Both the position numbers and the translations under genes were made by a program. DNA of 64,000 bases from Oscillospiraceae bacterium (GTDB taxonomy: Bacteria > Bacillota > Clostridia > Oscillospirales > Oscillospiraceae): NCBI GenBank assembly GCA_016292255.1, contig JAEEZZ010000139.1:171-64170 (forward strand), read 5' to 3'. The notes below the pieces were generated by a model. It was not told the DNA's origin, ran no database searches, and saw only the letters and a program-made list of their open reading frames with translations. This document shows positions 8,228 through 16,404 of the stretch, one piece after another. Positions within the stretch are counted from its first letter, which is position 1, and every line of letters starts with the position of its first letter.

Positions 8228-9084
8228 TTGACGCCTCCCGTTACGATCCCCTCTTCCAGGTGTTTTTCGCCATTGGCAAAGAGCAGCAGGCAGGGAATCA
8301 TGTAAATCGCAGCTGCGGCAAAGGCCAGTCCCAGCTCGCCTTGGTTGATTTTGCTCAGATAGAGGGAGAGGGGCTGCAAATCCTCGCTTTCCAGGAGCAC
8401 CATTGGCTGCTCGACCATGTTCCAGTAGTCGAAGAAAATCAGCATCCCCACAGCAAACAAGGCGCTTTTGCACTGGGGCAGGAAGATTCTGCGGAAGATT
8501 TGCCATTCATTGGCTCCGTCCAGCTGCGCAGCCTCCAGATATGCCTTTGGGATTCGCTGCATGTACTTCGTCAGTAGAAAAACGGCAAAGGGAGAGAAAA
8601 TGCCCGGCAACAGGATCGCCCAGATCGTATCATAGGTTTTCAGCCACTTGCTGCCCAGGTAATTCGGCACAAGGGTCACCTGATAGGGCATCAGGGTCAG
8701 CACCAAATACCCGAAGAAGATCGTCCGCCGCAGCCGGGATGGTTTTCGGCAAAAGCCGTAGGCCGCCAATGCGGAAATCAGCGTTTGCAGCACAGTGATG
8801 GGAACCGTGTACAGCACGGAATTCCAGAACTTTTGCAGGTACTCCGGGCTTTGCAGCAGGAAGGTCTTGTACTGCTCCCCTGTGACGATATCGGGCACCA
8901 GCTTCAGGATGATCCGCTCCTTCATGTACCCGCCGCTGCCCAGAGCGGCTCCGTAGCTGCGCTCGATCTCCGCGGCGGAAAGGAAGGAATTGACGACGGT
9001 CAGCACCGTCGGAAGGACGAACAGAATTGCAAGTATGACAAGCGCCAGCCAGAGGCAGCCGTCTTTCAATCGTTGTTTTTTCAT
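8224..9084 (-). CDS. Carbohydrate-type ABC transporter permease (MalG-like, BPD_transp_1)
   Basis: 286-aa ORF with six predicted TMs and an EAA-like loop EAAQLDGANEWQIFRRIFLPQ. Confidence 0.9.
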   Translation of the reverse strand: MKKQRLKDGCLWLALVILAILFVLPTVLTVVNSFLSAAEIERSYGAALGSGGYMKERIILKLVPDIVTGEQYKTFLLQSPEYLQKFWNSVLYTVPITVLQTLISALAAYGFCRKPSRLRRTIFFGYLVLTLMPYQVTLVPNYLGSKWLKTYDTIWAILLPGIFSPFAVFLLTKYMQRIPKAYLEAAQLDGANEWQIFRRIFLPQCKSALFAVGMLIFFDYWNMVEQPMVLLESEDLQPLSLYLSKINQGELGLAFAAAAIYMIPCLLLFANGEKHLEEGIVTGGVK

Positions 9085-9086
9085 GC

Positions 9087-9947
9087 TTATTCGTTTTCGG
9101 TGTCGCGGTCGAGCCGGGATTCCACGCCCAGCAGGACGGAGATCCCCGCACCCATGACGACGGCCAGCAGCAATGCAGCGGCGCTGAGCTTCTGGTAGTC
9201 CATGGCGCGGTAGGTGTTGTTCATAAAGTGCTGAAGCAGGTAGAGGGTCTCGTAGGGATAGGAGCCCGTCAGGAGCCAGACCTCCCGGAAGAGTTTCATG
9301 GAGGCAATCAGGCTCATCAGAACCACGAAAAAGATCGTCGGCGCGAGAAAATGGAGCTTGATCGCAAAGAACTGCCTGCTTCGACCCGCACCGTCCAAAT
9401 TTGCCATATCAATATACGCTTTTGGGATGGCCGCCAGCGCAGCCGTAAACAGGATCGTATGGTAGCCGACGTTCTTCCAAAGGAAAAGCAGCAGCACCAT
9501 GAGAATACTCCAGGGGGAATGGAACCAATTCAAACGGGTTCCTAAATAGGCGTTGAGGGTTCCGTTCTGATGAAACAGCACCTGCCAGACCAGAATGACG
9601 GAAGCGACGGGCACCAGCATGGGACTGAGAAAGGCCGTGCGAAGATGGCTTTTCATCGGGATCGCCCGTTCCAGCCAGAGCGCCAATCTCAAAGGCAGCA
9701 GCACCGCCAGAGGTACCGAGAGGCCGATCAGGATCGTGGTGTTCTTTGCGCCAAGCAGAAAAGCTCTGTTTTGCAGCAGGCTTTTGAAGTTTTGCAGCCC
9801 CACAAATTCCCCGTTCACAGGCCGGTTCACCAGGCTGTAATAAAGCACCATCCCAAAGGGCAGGACGAAGAAAAGCGCCACACCAAGAAGACTTGGAAGC
9901 AGGAAGAAGAATGTATGCGGTTTTTTTGCTGACAAACGCTTCTTCAT
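9087..9947 (-). CDS. Carbohydrate-type ABC transporter permease (MalF-like, BPD_transp_1)
   Basis: I used the internal start MKKRLSAKKPHTFFFLLPSLLG (ATG at 9947, 1 nt after the upstream stop). The EAA-like loop is DMANLDGAGRSRQFFAIKLHFLAP. Confidence 0.9.
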   Translation of the reverse strand: MKKRLSAKKPHTFFFLLPSLLGVALFFVLPFGMVLYYSLVNRPVNGEFVGLQNFKSLLQNRAFLLGAKNTTILIGLSVPLAVLLPLRLALWLERAIPMKSHLRTAFLSPMLVPVASVILVWQVLFHQNGTLNAYLGTRLNWFHSPWSILMVLLLFLWKNVGYHTILFTAALAAIPKAYIDMANLDGAGRSRQFFAIKLHFLAPTIFFVVLMSLIASMKLFREVWLLTGSYPYETLYLLQHFMNNTYRAMDYQKLSAAALLLAVVMGAGISVLLGVESRLDRDTENE

Positions 9948-9948
9948 A

Positions 9949-12015
9949 TCAACCTCGTTCAGCCAGATAGATCTCCACTCGGTTCTGGATACGCCGGGCA
10001 GCCTCCTCAGCGGTACAGTCGCCGTTAAAGAAAGCCTGGGCTTCCGAATAAACAAAATCCAAAGAAGTGCTCACGTTTAGGAATCGATTTGTTTCTTTTA
10101 GAAGGCAATCTACTGTCTCCATGGAAGCGAGAAAAATCACCTCAGCCTCCGGCACGATTACGGAACTGGACAGGTACTCCTCCGTTCGTTGTGTCTGGTC
10201 GGCTTCGGTCCATTCTCGATTGAGAAACACGGATTCAATTGCGTTTGAAAAGCTTGATTGCGTCCTAATGTATCGGTGCCATCCCTCGTCAAACAAAACC
10301 GTCTCCATAACAGCACGGACGGCACCCCCATCCGTATCCGCTGCGGCTGCCAGATAGAAGAATGCATCCAGGCGTATAGTGCTCAATTCTGGGAAAGGTA
10401 AACTAAAATACTGATAGTTGAAGGCTGCAGCATAAGAATACCGCAGTTGATGGTCAAGCTGAAAAAGAGTGTTTTCTGCTTCTGAATCCGATCCGTTTTT
10501 TTGAAAAGCCGAAGCTTCCTCCGGGGTCTGTGCACACTGGTTGCAGAATCGAAGCAACGCAATGAATTCCGAACTGTCAAAACAGGCAGTATGATTATCA
10601 AAATCGATCCAATGCTGTAAGGATGCCTCAAACCACCTGCTGAACATTGCTTCTTTTGTTGTCTCTCGAAGTGCCTCGGGTTCCTTCTCTTCCAAAAATA
10701 CAGTCAGAGCAGATAAACTATTAAATGTATCTGATTCGACGCAGTAACGGGAGGGCATCAAACTGACACATGGAACCAAAAGTCCTGGCAGACAATATAG
10801 CTTCCCATCTGTCTGAAGCCCATTGATCATATTCTGGTAAAGAGAATCGGACTGGATCATTTCAGGGGCTGAAATCGTATAATCCTGCAATAATCCCTTT
10901 TCCCCATAATTGTTCAGAAGCAGCAGGTCAGAGTCGCCAACGAAATCGATTTCACCGGTCAGGAGGCCGCGATTCAGCGCCTCAGCATCTGTATACACTT
11001 TTTTGTCAAACTTCCATTCCGTGTGGGTTCGGTTGAAATAGGAAATAAATTCCGAAAAGGTCGGGTATTCGCCGATTGTTCCAATCAGTAGTGTCTTCGA
11101 CTCCACCGGGTCGTGTTGCCCGGTTTCCGCTGCCTGTTCGCGGGAATCCAGCACCAAAAGGCTCCGCTTTTCCAGACAGAGGATCGTACTGAAGTCTGGC
11201 ATCAGCACCCGCAGAAGGTTGGCAGAATTCACACCGCAATGGTTCAAATCGGCCACAGGGGAAAAACAGTCGCCCGATAGACGCCACAGCTTCCCTGCTG
11301 AAACAATTAAACCGGTTTCTGGAGGGCAGCAGGATTTTGCATCCAAAAGTTCCGCAGGTAAGGCGAGTCCGTGCTCCGGAGTCAGAGATGTTTCCGTCCC
11401 ATCAAGGAGTAAAAGAACGCCAGAAATCGGTTTATAGCTCGCTGCATCTAAACGGCTTAGGCAAGCAAAAAGGCCGTCTTGTGTTTCAATCAGAGCACGG
11501 GCTTCCCAGTAGTAATCTGCGTCTCTCGGAAGTTCGAGCACGACCCCATTTCGATATAACGCGCTCCCATCGCAAAGCCAGATGGAGTTTGCTACTTGGA
11601 TGAGCTGGATTGGAGCTGATCCGATTCTTGATTTCACTGGAAAGATCGTGCCGTCTTTGGCCCGGATTTCATAGCCATCTTCACCGTCGACGATTTGAAG
11701 CCGTCCGTCTTTTCGGAGGGAAATCACGTATATTTGTTCCATATCGGACACATCAGTCCGGTGAAAGCTGTTGTCTATCCTGTATACGCCATACGATGTG
11801 CTTAGCAGGTATCCGTCGCCTTCCGGCCATATTTCATACAGGCTATCAGCGTCATAGCTGCACGTCTGCCCGTAATAGTCAGGAGTTTCTACAGACGCAA
11901 CGTGGAGAGTCTCTTCCACGGATTTAGAGGGCACAGTCTCATTCTTGCAGGCAGCAAGAAGCACAGCAAGAAAAACTGCCACGCAGAACAGCGTTGAATG
12001 AATGGCAGACTTCAT
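9949..12015 (-). CDS. Lipoprotein: unknown beta-rich N-terminal domain of about 290 aa fused to an ABC solute-binding-protein-like C-terminal half
   Basis: I used the start MKSAIHSTLFCVAVFLAVLLAACKN, which has a lipobox (LAAC). The C-terminal half (LLIGTIGEYPTFSEF...FDKKVYTDAEALNRGLLTGEIDFVGD...) resembles family-1 extracellular solute-binding proteins. The gene is visibly lower in GC than the permease genes to which it is translationally coupled. Confidence 0.65.
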   Translation of the reverse strand: MKSAIHSTLFCVAVFLAVLLAACKNETVPSKSVEETLHVASVETPDYYGQTCSYDADSLYEIWPEGDGYLLSTSYGVYRIDNSFHRTDVSDMEQIYVISLRKDGRLQIVDGEDGYEIRAKDGTIFPVKSRIGSAPIQLIQVANSIWLCDGSALYRNGVVLELPRDADYYWEARALIETQDGLFACLSRLDAASYKPISGVLLLLDGTETSLTPEHGLALPAELLDAKSCCPPETGLIVSAGKLWRLSGDCFSPVADLNHCGVNSANLLRVLMPDFSTILCLEKRSLLVLDSREQAAETGQHDPVESKTLLIGTIGEYPTFSEFISYFNRTHTEWKFDKKVYTDAEALNRGLLTGEIDFVGDSDLLLLNNYGEKGLLQDYTISAPEMIQSDSLYQNMINGLQTDGKLYCLPGLLVPCVSLMPSRYCVESDTFNSLSALTVFLEEKEPEALRETTKEAMFSRWFEASLQHWIDFDNHTACFDSSEFIALLRFCNQCAQTPEEASAFQKNGSDSEAENTLFQLDHQLRYSYAAAFNYQYFSLPFPELSTIRLDAFFYLAAAADTDGGAVRAVMETVLFDEGWHRYIRTQSSFSNAIESVFLNREWTEADQTQRTEEYLSSSVIVPEAEVIFLASMETVDCLLKETNRFLNVSTSLDFVYSEAQAFFNGDCTAEEAARRIQNRVEIYLAERG

Positions 12016-12115
12016 ATGGAACCTCCAGTCAAAACGCACCAATACCGGTTTTACAACAGAGGGACACCAGCTCATTTCTAAGAAACCGAGCAGTTGCCCC
12101 TCTGTTTTTACTTAC

Positions 12116-12604
12116 TCATGAGACATCTGCGCGAGTAACATACCCAGCTCCTCCATAATTACTCGAAGAAGCAATTTGCGCATATACTCGTGTGCCGCCA
12201 CCACTATATCCAGGAATGTACAGATATGTACCATAACTTAAACTATAGTTATAGCTACTGCCTGTCAGATTTGTGTAAAGGTAGGTGGACGATACTGTTA
12301 CATTATAACAATCATAAGTAGGACAAACATAGTTTGAAAGAACATACCCATAAGTTGATCCATAGTATACATAGATTGCAGTAGGATTTCCAAAAGTCCA
12401 TGTGCCTGAACTATAGGTAACCTTAGTGCCTGGAGAAAGAGTCGCAATAGGATTACCGCCTGAGTCAAAAAGATTAGTCGAGCGGCATACAGTATACCTA
12501 GCAGCAGGGCGCTCGCCGCCGGGCTCTTTGTCTTCCTTGCTTGTCGTTGCTTCAACCATTGGCATCATCTGAAAGAGTAAAAACACTACAAGAACAAGAG
12601 CCAT
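12116..12604 (-). CDS. Secreted Tyr/Ser/Gly-rich protein with two SH3b-like repeats (tentative)
   Basis: 162-aa ORF with a hydrophobic N-terminus ending VEA. Two repeats have the pattern Y(T/N)V...(T/S)xL(F/Y)...G..V...GYV(L/T). AAGGAGG sits 23 nt upstream of the ATG and at ideal spacing to an in-frame ATC, which would add IIKKA to the signal peptide, so the true start is uncertain. Confidence 0.45.
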   Translation of the reverse strand: MALVLVVFLLFQMMPMVEATTSKEDKEPGGERPAARYTVCRSTNLFDSGGNPIATLSPGTKVTYSSGTWTFGNPTAIYVYYGSTYGYVLSNYVCPTYDCYNVTVSSTYLYTNLTGSSYNYSLSYGTYLYIPGYSGGGTRVYAQIASSSNYGGAGYVTRADVS

Positions 12605-12809
12605 TGCTTTTTTTATGATACAAGATACCTCCTTTATGCGTGTATTGTTTTGCAGCCTGCGCTTCGCGATGCGTAGGCCAAACTACCGAATGACATCCCG
12701 GATGTCCTTGATTATTTTAGCACAATTTAATATATATGTCAATCCAATATATTGATTTTTTGTTTATATGTGATATAACTATAAATGAAAAAAGTTAGGA
12801 GGTGCAGCA

Positions 12810-13160
12810 GTGGTAGAGGCAAGCCATTCTTTTTCAGCATACTATAAGCGTGCGGTTAGTCCGCTGCTTGTACTGGCCATGCTGCGGGAGCGACCAATGT
12901 ATGGGTACGAGATTTCTTCCAGAATCTCGGCACAGAGCGGCGGGGCGCTGGCTCTGTCCGTTCTCTATCCGGTGTTGTTCCGGCTTCAGGAGCAGGAATT
13001 CATTGCGGAGGATTCCTGCGTCATTGTGGACGGAAGAGCGCGAAGCTATTATCGGATTACGGAAAGCGGCACGGAATACCTGAAAAAAACCTTGCGGGAA
13101 TACCGAGAGCTTGACCGATTGTTTTCAGACATTACGGGGGAACAAGACCATGAAAAATGA
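12810..13160 (+). CDS. PadR-family transcriptional regulator
   Basis: 116-aa ORF with a GTG start 7 nt after AGGAGG. LLVLAMLRERPMYGYEISSRI...VLYPVLFRLQEQEFI...RSYYRITESGTEYL is a canonical PadR winged helix. Confidence 0.9.
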   Translation: MVEASHSFSAYYKRAVSPLLVLAMLRERPMYGYEISSRISAQSGGALALSVLYPVLFRLQEQEFIAEDSCVIVDGRARSYYRITESGTEYLKKTLREYRELDRLFSDITGEQDHEK

Positions 13161-13563
13161 CAAGATTGTGCACTATTGCAAGCAAGTTGGACAGCGAATA
13201 CTATGCGGCAAAGAACACAGGAAAGCACTGCTTGCTGGGTTGAAGGACGAGTTGCTCGAGCGGGAATTGCCAGACACAATCTCCATGAAGGGGTTGTATG
13301 AGCAAATAGGCACCCCTGAAGTTGTCGCGGCGCAACTCCAGGCTTCCCTGGAGCCTGGAGAAATCCGAACTGAACAGAAGCGAAGAAAACGCAGACATGT
13401 GGTTGCTGCGGCAATCACGTTTGCAGTTCTTTGTGTTGCTTTTGCCCTTGCCGTTCATTTTATCAACTCCCATGAGCCGAAGTTTGTTAAGACTTATATT
13501 ATTTATGGAGATGATTATGATGACCCGAATACTACTTGGTATTCAACAGAACAAAAACCGTAG
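13150..13563 (+). CDS. Membrane protein downstream of PadR (DUF1700/HAAS-like position)
   Basis: I used the start MKNDKIVHYCKQVG (ATG at 13150, overlapping the PadR stop). It has a soluble helical N-terminus, a KRRKRR stop-transfer and one TM (VVAAAITFAVLCVAFALAV). The family assignment rests on position and architecture only. Confidence 0.55.
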   Translation: MKNDKIVHYCKQVGQRILCGKEHRKALLAGLKDELLERELPDTISMKGLYEQIGTPEVVAAQLQASLEPGEIRTEQKRRKRRHVVAAAITFAVLCVAFALAVHFINSHEPKFVKTYIIYGDDYDDPNTTWYSTEQKP

Positions 13564-13576
13564 GAGGATGCAAAAA

Positions 13577-14032
13577 ATGAAACGAATGTTGATTATCTTG
13601 GTTTGTATTAACTTGATTGTCAGTCTTTTCCCGACAAGCGTGAACGCAGAGACGCCGACTAATTCGGAAAGTGTTGCAATTACCTACTTTGAGGACGGGA
13701 GCTACTGTATTACAACGATTACTGTTGTGCAGCACATTTTGGACAGGGCGACAATTACTGGAACCAAAACAAATCAATACTACGATTCTAATGATGTAGC
13801 GCAATTTTCTGTCTCAGTTAAGGGAACATTCACTTATGACGGTACTACCGCAACAGCGACAACCGCTTACTACAGTTATCAAGTGTTCAATAGTTTTTGG
13901 CCTTTTGTATCAGGCAATGCTTCCTGCTCTGGTAATACAGCAACAGCATCCTGCACATTTGCTCTTTTGGGTGTCCTGAATCGGACGCTTTCTGTCTCTC
14001 TAACCTGCTCTCCAACAGGTGTTTTGAGCTGA
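13577..14032 (+). CDS. Small secreted Thr/Ser-rich beta protein of unknown function
   Basis: I used the start MKRMLIILVCINLIVSLFPTSVNA (ATG at 13577, 9 nt after AGGAGG). It has a clear signal peptide and Cys residues in the mature part. I recognise no family. Confidence 0.6.
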   Translation: MKRMLIILVCINLIVSLFPTSVNAETPTNSESVAITYFEDGSYCITTITVVQHILDRATITGTKTNQYYDSNDVAQFSVSVKGTFTYDGTTATATTAYYSYQVFNSFWPFVSGNASCSGNTATASCTFALLGVLNRTLSVSLTCSPTGVLS

Positions 14033-14058
14033 TTCAACTGCGGAACAATAAATAATAT

Positions 14059-14098
14059 GTTAGCGTCGGGTGAAAGGTTAGAATCACCCGACGCTAAC
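14059..14098. terminator. Strong hairpin between convergent genes (likely a bidirectional terminator)
   Basis: Perfect 15-bp stem GTTAGCGTCGGGTGA (14059-14073) / TCACCCGACGCTAAC (14084-14098). An A/T-rich tract on the left gives a U-run for minus-strand transcripts. Confidence 0.6.
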
Positions 14099-14152
14099 AG
14101 TACGGATCATTTACCGTTTACTCGTTGGGTTTTCACTTCATTTTATCTGTGT

Positions 14153-14452
14153 TTACGCGTTTACGAAATCACTCAAAACAAATTCTTCGACGCGGTTGCG
14201 GATAGAATTCATGCGGCGCGTCCATTCGAGGTTATCTGCTGCTTTGAGCGCTTCTGTGACGCCCTCGATCTCTGCGTACTGACGGACAAGCATCTCATAG
14301 CTTTCCTGCGCGTCGCGGTCAAGATCAGTCAGATACTGTTCCAGCGTTCCCTTTATTCGCATGACGTTGATAACAGCGGGGCTGTGCTTCTTCAGATAAT
14401 TGTAATGGCGCTGTCCCCAAACGCCGATCTTGCTGATGAATTCGTCTTTCAT
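14153..14452 (-). CDS. TnpV-family transposon-associated protein
   Basis: 99-aa ORF. IGVWGQRHYNYLKKHSP...GTLEQYLTDLDRDAQ...AEIEGVTEALKAADNLEWTRRMNSIRNRVEEFVL matches the TnpV pattern I recall (...GVTEALKAADQMxWVxxMNNIRxRAEE...). Confidence 0.8.
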   Translation of the reverse strand: MKDEFISKIGVWGQRHYNYLKKHSPAVINVMRIKGTLEQYLTDLDRDAQESYEMLVRQYAEIEGVTEALKAADNLEWTRRMNSIRNRVEEFVLSDFVNA

Positions 14453-14643
14453 TTTGAACCCTCCATAACCTTGATTTTCTTGGTCGGCGCTTCAATGAGC
14501 TTGAGCAGGATCTCATTGATGAAATCCACATATCCGCCCTCGTCGATGACCAACTTGCGGTATTCGTTGATCACGTTGACCAACTCTTTCCATTCGTAGT
14601 AGTCCAGAGCAAGGTACCGTTTTTCTTGCTTCTTGTATCTCAT
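14449..14643 (-). CDS. Small hypothetical protein upstream of TnpV
   Basis: 64 aa from the internal ATG at 14643, preceded by GGGAGG. It overlaps the tnpV start by 4 nt. The longer 120-aa version in the track has a Cys/His-rich, non-protein-like N-terminus. Confidence 0.5.
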   Translation of the reverse strand: MRYKKQEKRYLALDYYEWKELVNVINEYRKLVIDEGGYVDFINEILLKLIEAPTKKIKVMEGSK

Positions 14644-14876
14644 AGCGTCTCCGCCTCCCTTCGCCGTTACTGTATAACAGAACGGCGGAAAACAAAAATG
14701 TGCGTTTTGGCAGCAATGGTGCGATGAATATGTACATTCAGCTCCGTTAAAACAACGATTTATCAAGTCCGTTATCAATATTCGCACCACGTCGGAAGAA
14801 TGCTGCTCCATTCCGTTTCCGCAGATTCCTTACAGAACTGCGAAAACTCCATATCCGCAGCATCCCTCCTCCTTCT

Positions 14877-14922
14877 CCCCACGCGACCCGCTCCGCTGGG
14901 CTCGCGTGGGGTCCCCTTTTTC
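14877..14922 (+). terminator. Orphan terminator-like hairpin (plus orientation)
   Basis: CCCCACGCGA (14877-14886) / TCGCGTGGGG (14902-14911), followed by TCCCCTTTTTCC. No plus-strand gene ends just upstream. Confidence 0.4.
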
Positions 14923-15073
14923 CTGCGCTGACAGTTGGCAGCTTTTTCCACAACCTGTGCATATCGGGTATCCATGCTCAATGATATTTTTCCCGAAGAA
15001 ATAGCCTGCATTTTCCGGAAGATTTTGTAAAATAGAAAACGTCGCGCATTGAAGCTTACACTTTTTTCGGTGA

Positions 15074-15245
15074 GGAAATCACTGCGTGATCTCCAAGGAA
15101 TTTGAATGGGCTCTGTTCTTCGACCGGAACCAGGGCAGCTTTGGCCTGATTCCCTACAACACTGCGGATTACGACGACCTCAGATTCTCCTTCTGGCAGC
15201 CCAAGCCCTTTACCAACATCTACTTCACGGAGCTTCCCGAATGAG
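15074..15245 (+). pseudogene. GC-rich orphan 3-prime gene fragment (about 56 codons, no convincing start)
   Basis: The open frame ...VISKEFEWALFFDRNQGSFGLIPYNTADYDDLRFSFWQPKPFTNIYFTELPE ends at TGA (15243-15245). Its chromosome-like GC contrasts with the AT-rich DNA to its left. A stop lies in frame at 15071-15073. A canonical terminator follows about 40 bp downstream. Confidence 0.3.
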
Positions 15246-15283
15246 ACGGAATCGGGAATAAATTTCTATGCTATGCAAATAAA

Positions 15284-15320
15284 AGAAAATCGCCGGAAAC
15301 GGCGATTTTCTTTTATTTTC
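15284..15320 (+). terminator. Rho-independent terminator
   Basis: AGAAAATCGCCG (15284-15295), GAAA loop, CGGCGATTTTCT (15300-15311), then TTTTATTTTC. Confidence 0.65.
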
Positions 15321-15392
15321 TTCTTGAAAAAGCTTTGCTTTTGCATTTTTTTGTTATATAATAACAGAAGGATCATGATGGGAGGCAATTTC

Positions 15393-16049
15393 ATGGACTA
15401 CAAGCAGAGTGTGACGATGAATCCCTCCGGCTTTGTGGTGCTGGCGGATTTTGTGCCCAGCATCGTGCAGGAGATCCGTTATCATTCTTCCTACAATTTC
15501 ATCGGAGAGCGCATCGACGGCTACGAGGAACCCGTCGCGCTGCTGACGAAGGAGGCGGCCCGGGCGCTCAAATCCGTGGCCGGGGAGCTGATCGTCCAGG
15601 GCTACCGGCTCAAGGTGTTCGACGCCTACCGCCCGGCCTGCGCGGTGAAGCACTTCGTCCTCTGGGGCATCGAGGACCAGGACGTCCGCATGAAGCCCTA
15701 CTTCTATCCGGAGCTGGAGAAGCAGGAGCTGTTTGCAAAGGGCTATATCGCCAAGCAGTCCAGCCACAGCCGCGGCAGCGCGGTGGATCTGACGCTGCTG
15801 GATATGAAAACCGGCAAGGAAGTGGACATGGGCAGCCCCTTCGACCTGTTCAGCGAGGCCTCCCACCCGGATTACAGAGGCATCACCGACGAACAGTACG
15901 AGAACCGGATGCGCCTGCAGCGGGTGATGCTCCGCAACGGCTTTCAGCCCATCGATTGCGAGTGGTGGCACTTCGCCCTGGCCGACGAGCCCTACCCGGA
16001 CACCTACTTTGCCTTCCCGGTGTCCTCAGGATACCTTCGCAGATCCTGA
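15393..16049 (+). CDS. D-alanyl-D-alanine dipeptidase (VanX/DdpX family, peptidase M15D)
   Basis: I used the start MDYKQSV (ATG at 15393, after GGGAGG). The zinc-site motifs SSHSRGSAVDLTL and EWWHF are present, and the length is typical of VanX. Confidence 0.9.
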   Translation: MDYKQSVTMNPSGFVVLADFVPSIVQEIRYHSSYNFIGERIDGYEEPVALLTKEAARALKSVAGELIVQGYRLKVFDAYRPACAVKHFVLWGIEDQDVRMKPYFYPELEKQELFAKGYIAKQSSHSRGSAVDLTLLDMKTGKEVDMGSPFDLFSEASHPDYRGITDEQYENRMRLQRVMLRNGFQPIDCEWWHFALADEPYPDTYFAFPVSSGYLRRS

Positions 16050-16104
16050 ACAAGTGAAACAGATTCCGAGAAACAGAAAATACATTCAGAAGTGAGGAAA
16101 AGCT

Positions 16105-16404
16105 ATGCTGAACATCAACAAAACCGTGGAAAACAATACCGCCGCCGTTTCTCTGGAGGGACGGCTGGACACCGTCACCGCGCCGGAGCTGGAGAAGGCT
16201 CTGATGGAGCTCATACCCGATCTGACGGAGCTGAAGCTGGATTTTACCGACCTGGACTACATCTCCTCGGCCGGCCTGCGGGTGCTGCTGGCTGCCCAGA
16301 AGGCGATGAACAAGCAGGGCAGCATGACGCTGACCCATGTCAATGAGGCTGTGATGGAGATCCTGGAGGTCACCGGCTTTACCGACATTCTGACGATCCG
16401 ATGA
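16105..16404 (+). CDS. STAS-domain anti-sigma-factor antagonist (SpoIIAA/RsbV-like)
   Basis: 99-aa ORF. LDFTDLDYISSAGLRVLL carries the conserved phosphorylatable Ser context, and the C-terminus is EILEVTGFTDIL. Confidence 0.9.
   Translation: MLNINKTVENNTAAVSLEGRLDTVTAPELEKALMELIPDLTELKLDFTDLDYISSAGLRVLLAAQKAMNKQGSMTLTHVNEAVMEILEVTGFTDILTIR

Noticed and set aside
8228-8506. 93-aa N-terminal extension of the HlyD-like ORF (MANLPQNL...)
   Set aside because: It overlaps the upstream permease gene in another frame. The internal ATG at 8227 gives an ATGA stop/start overlap and a proper N-terminal TM.
12605-12809. Search for a PadR operator (ATGT-N8-ACAT type palindrome) upstream of the PadR gene
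   Set aside because: The region is AT-rich with several partial palindromes (e.g. TCAATCCAATATATTGA), but none matches a known PadR operator convincingly. I therefore made no feature call.
13322-13576. 5-prime extension of the secreted-protein ORF (track start 13322)
   Set aside because: The extension overlaps the preceding membrane-protein gene out of frame and encodes no signal peptide. ATG 13577 has an AGGAGG at ideal spacing and starts a classic signal peptide.
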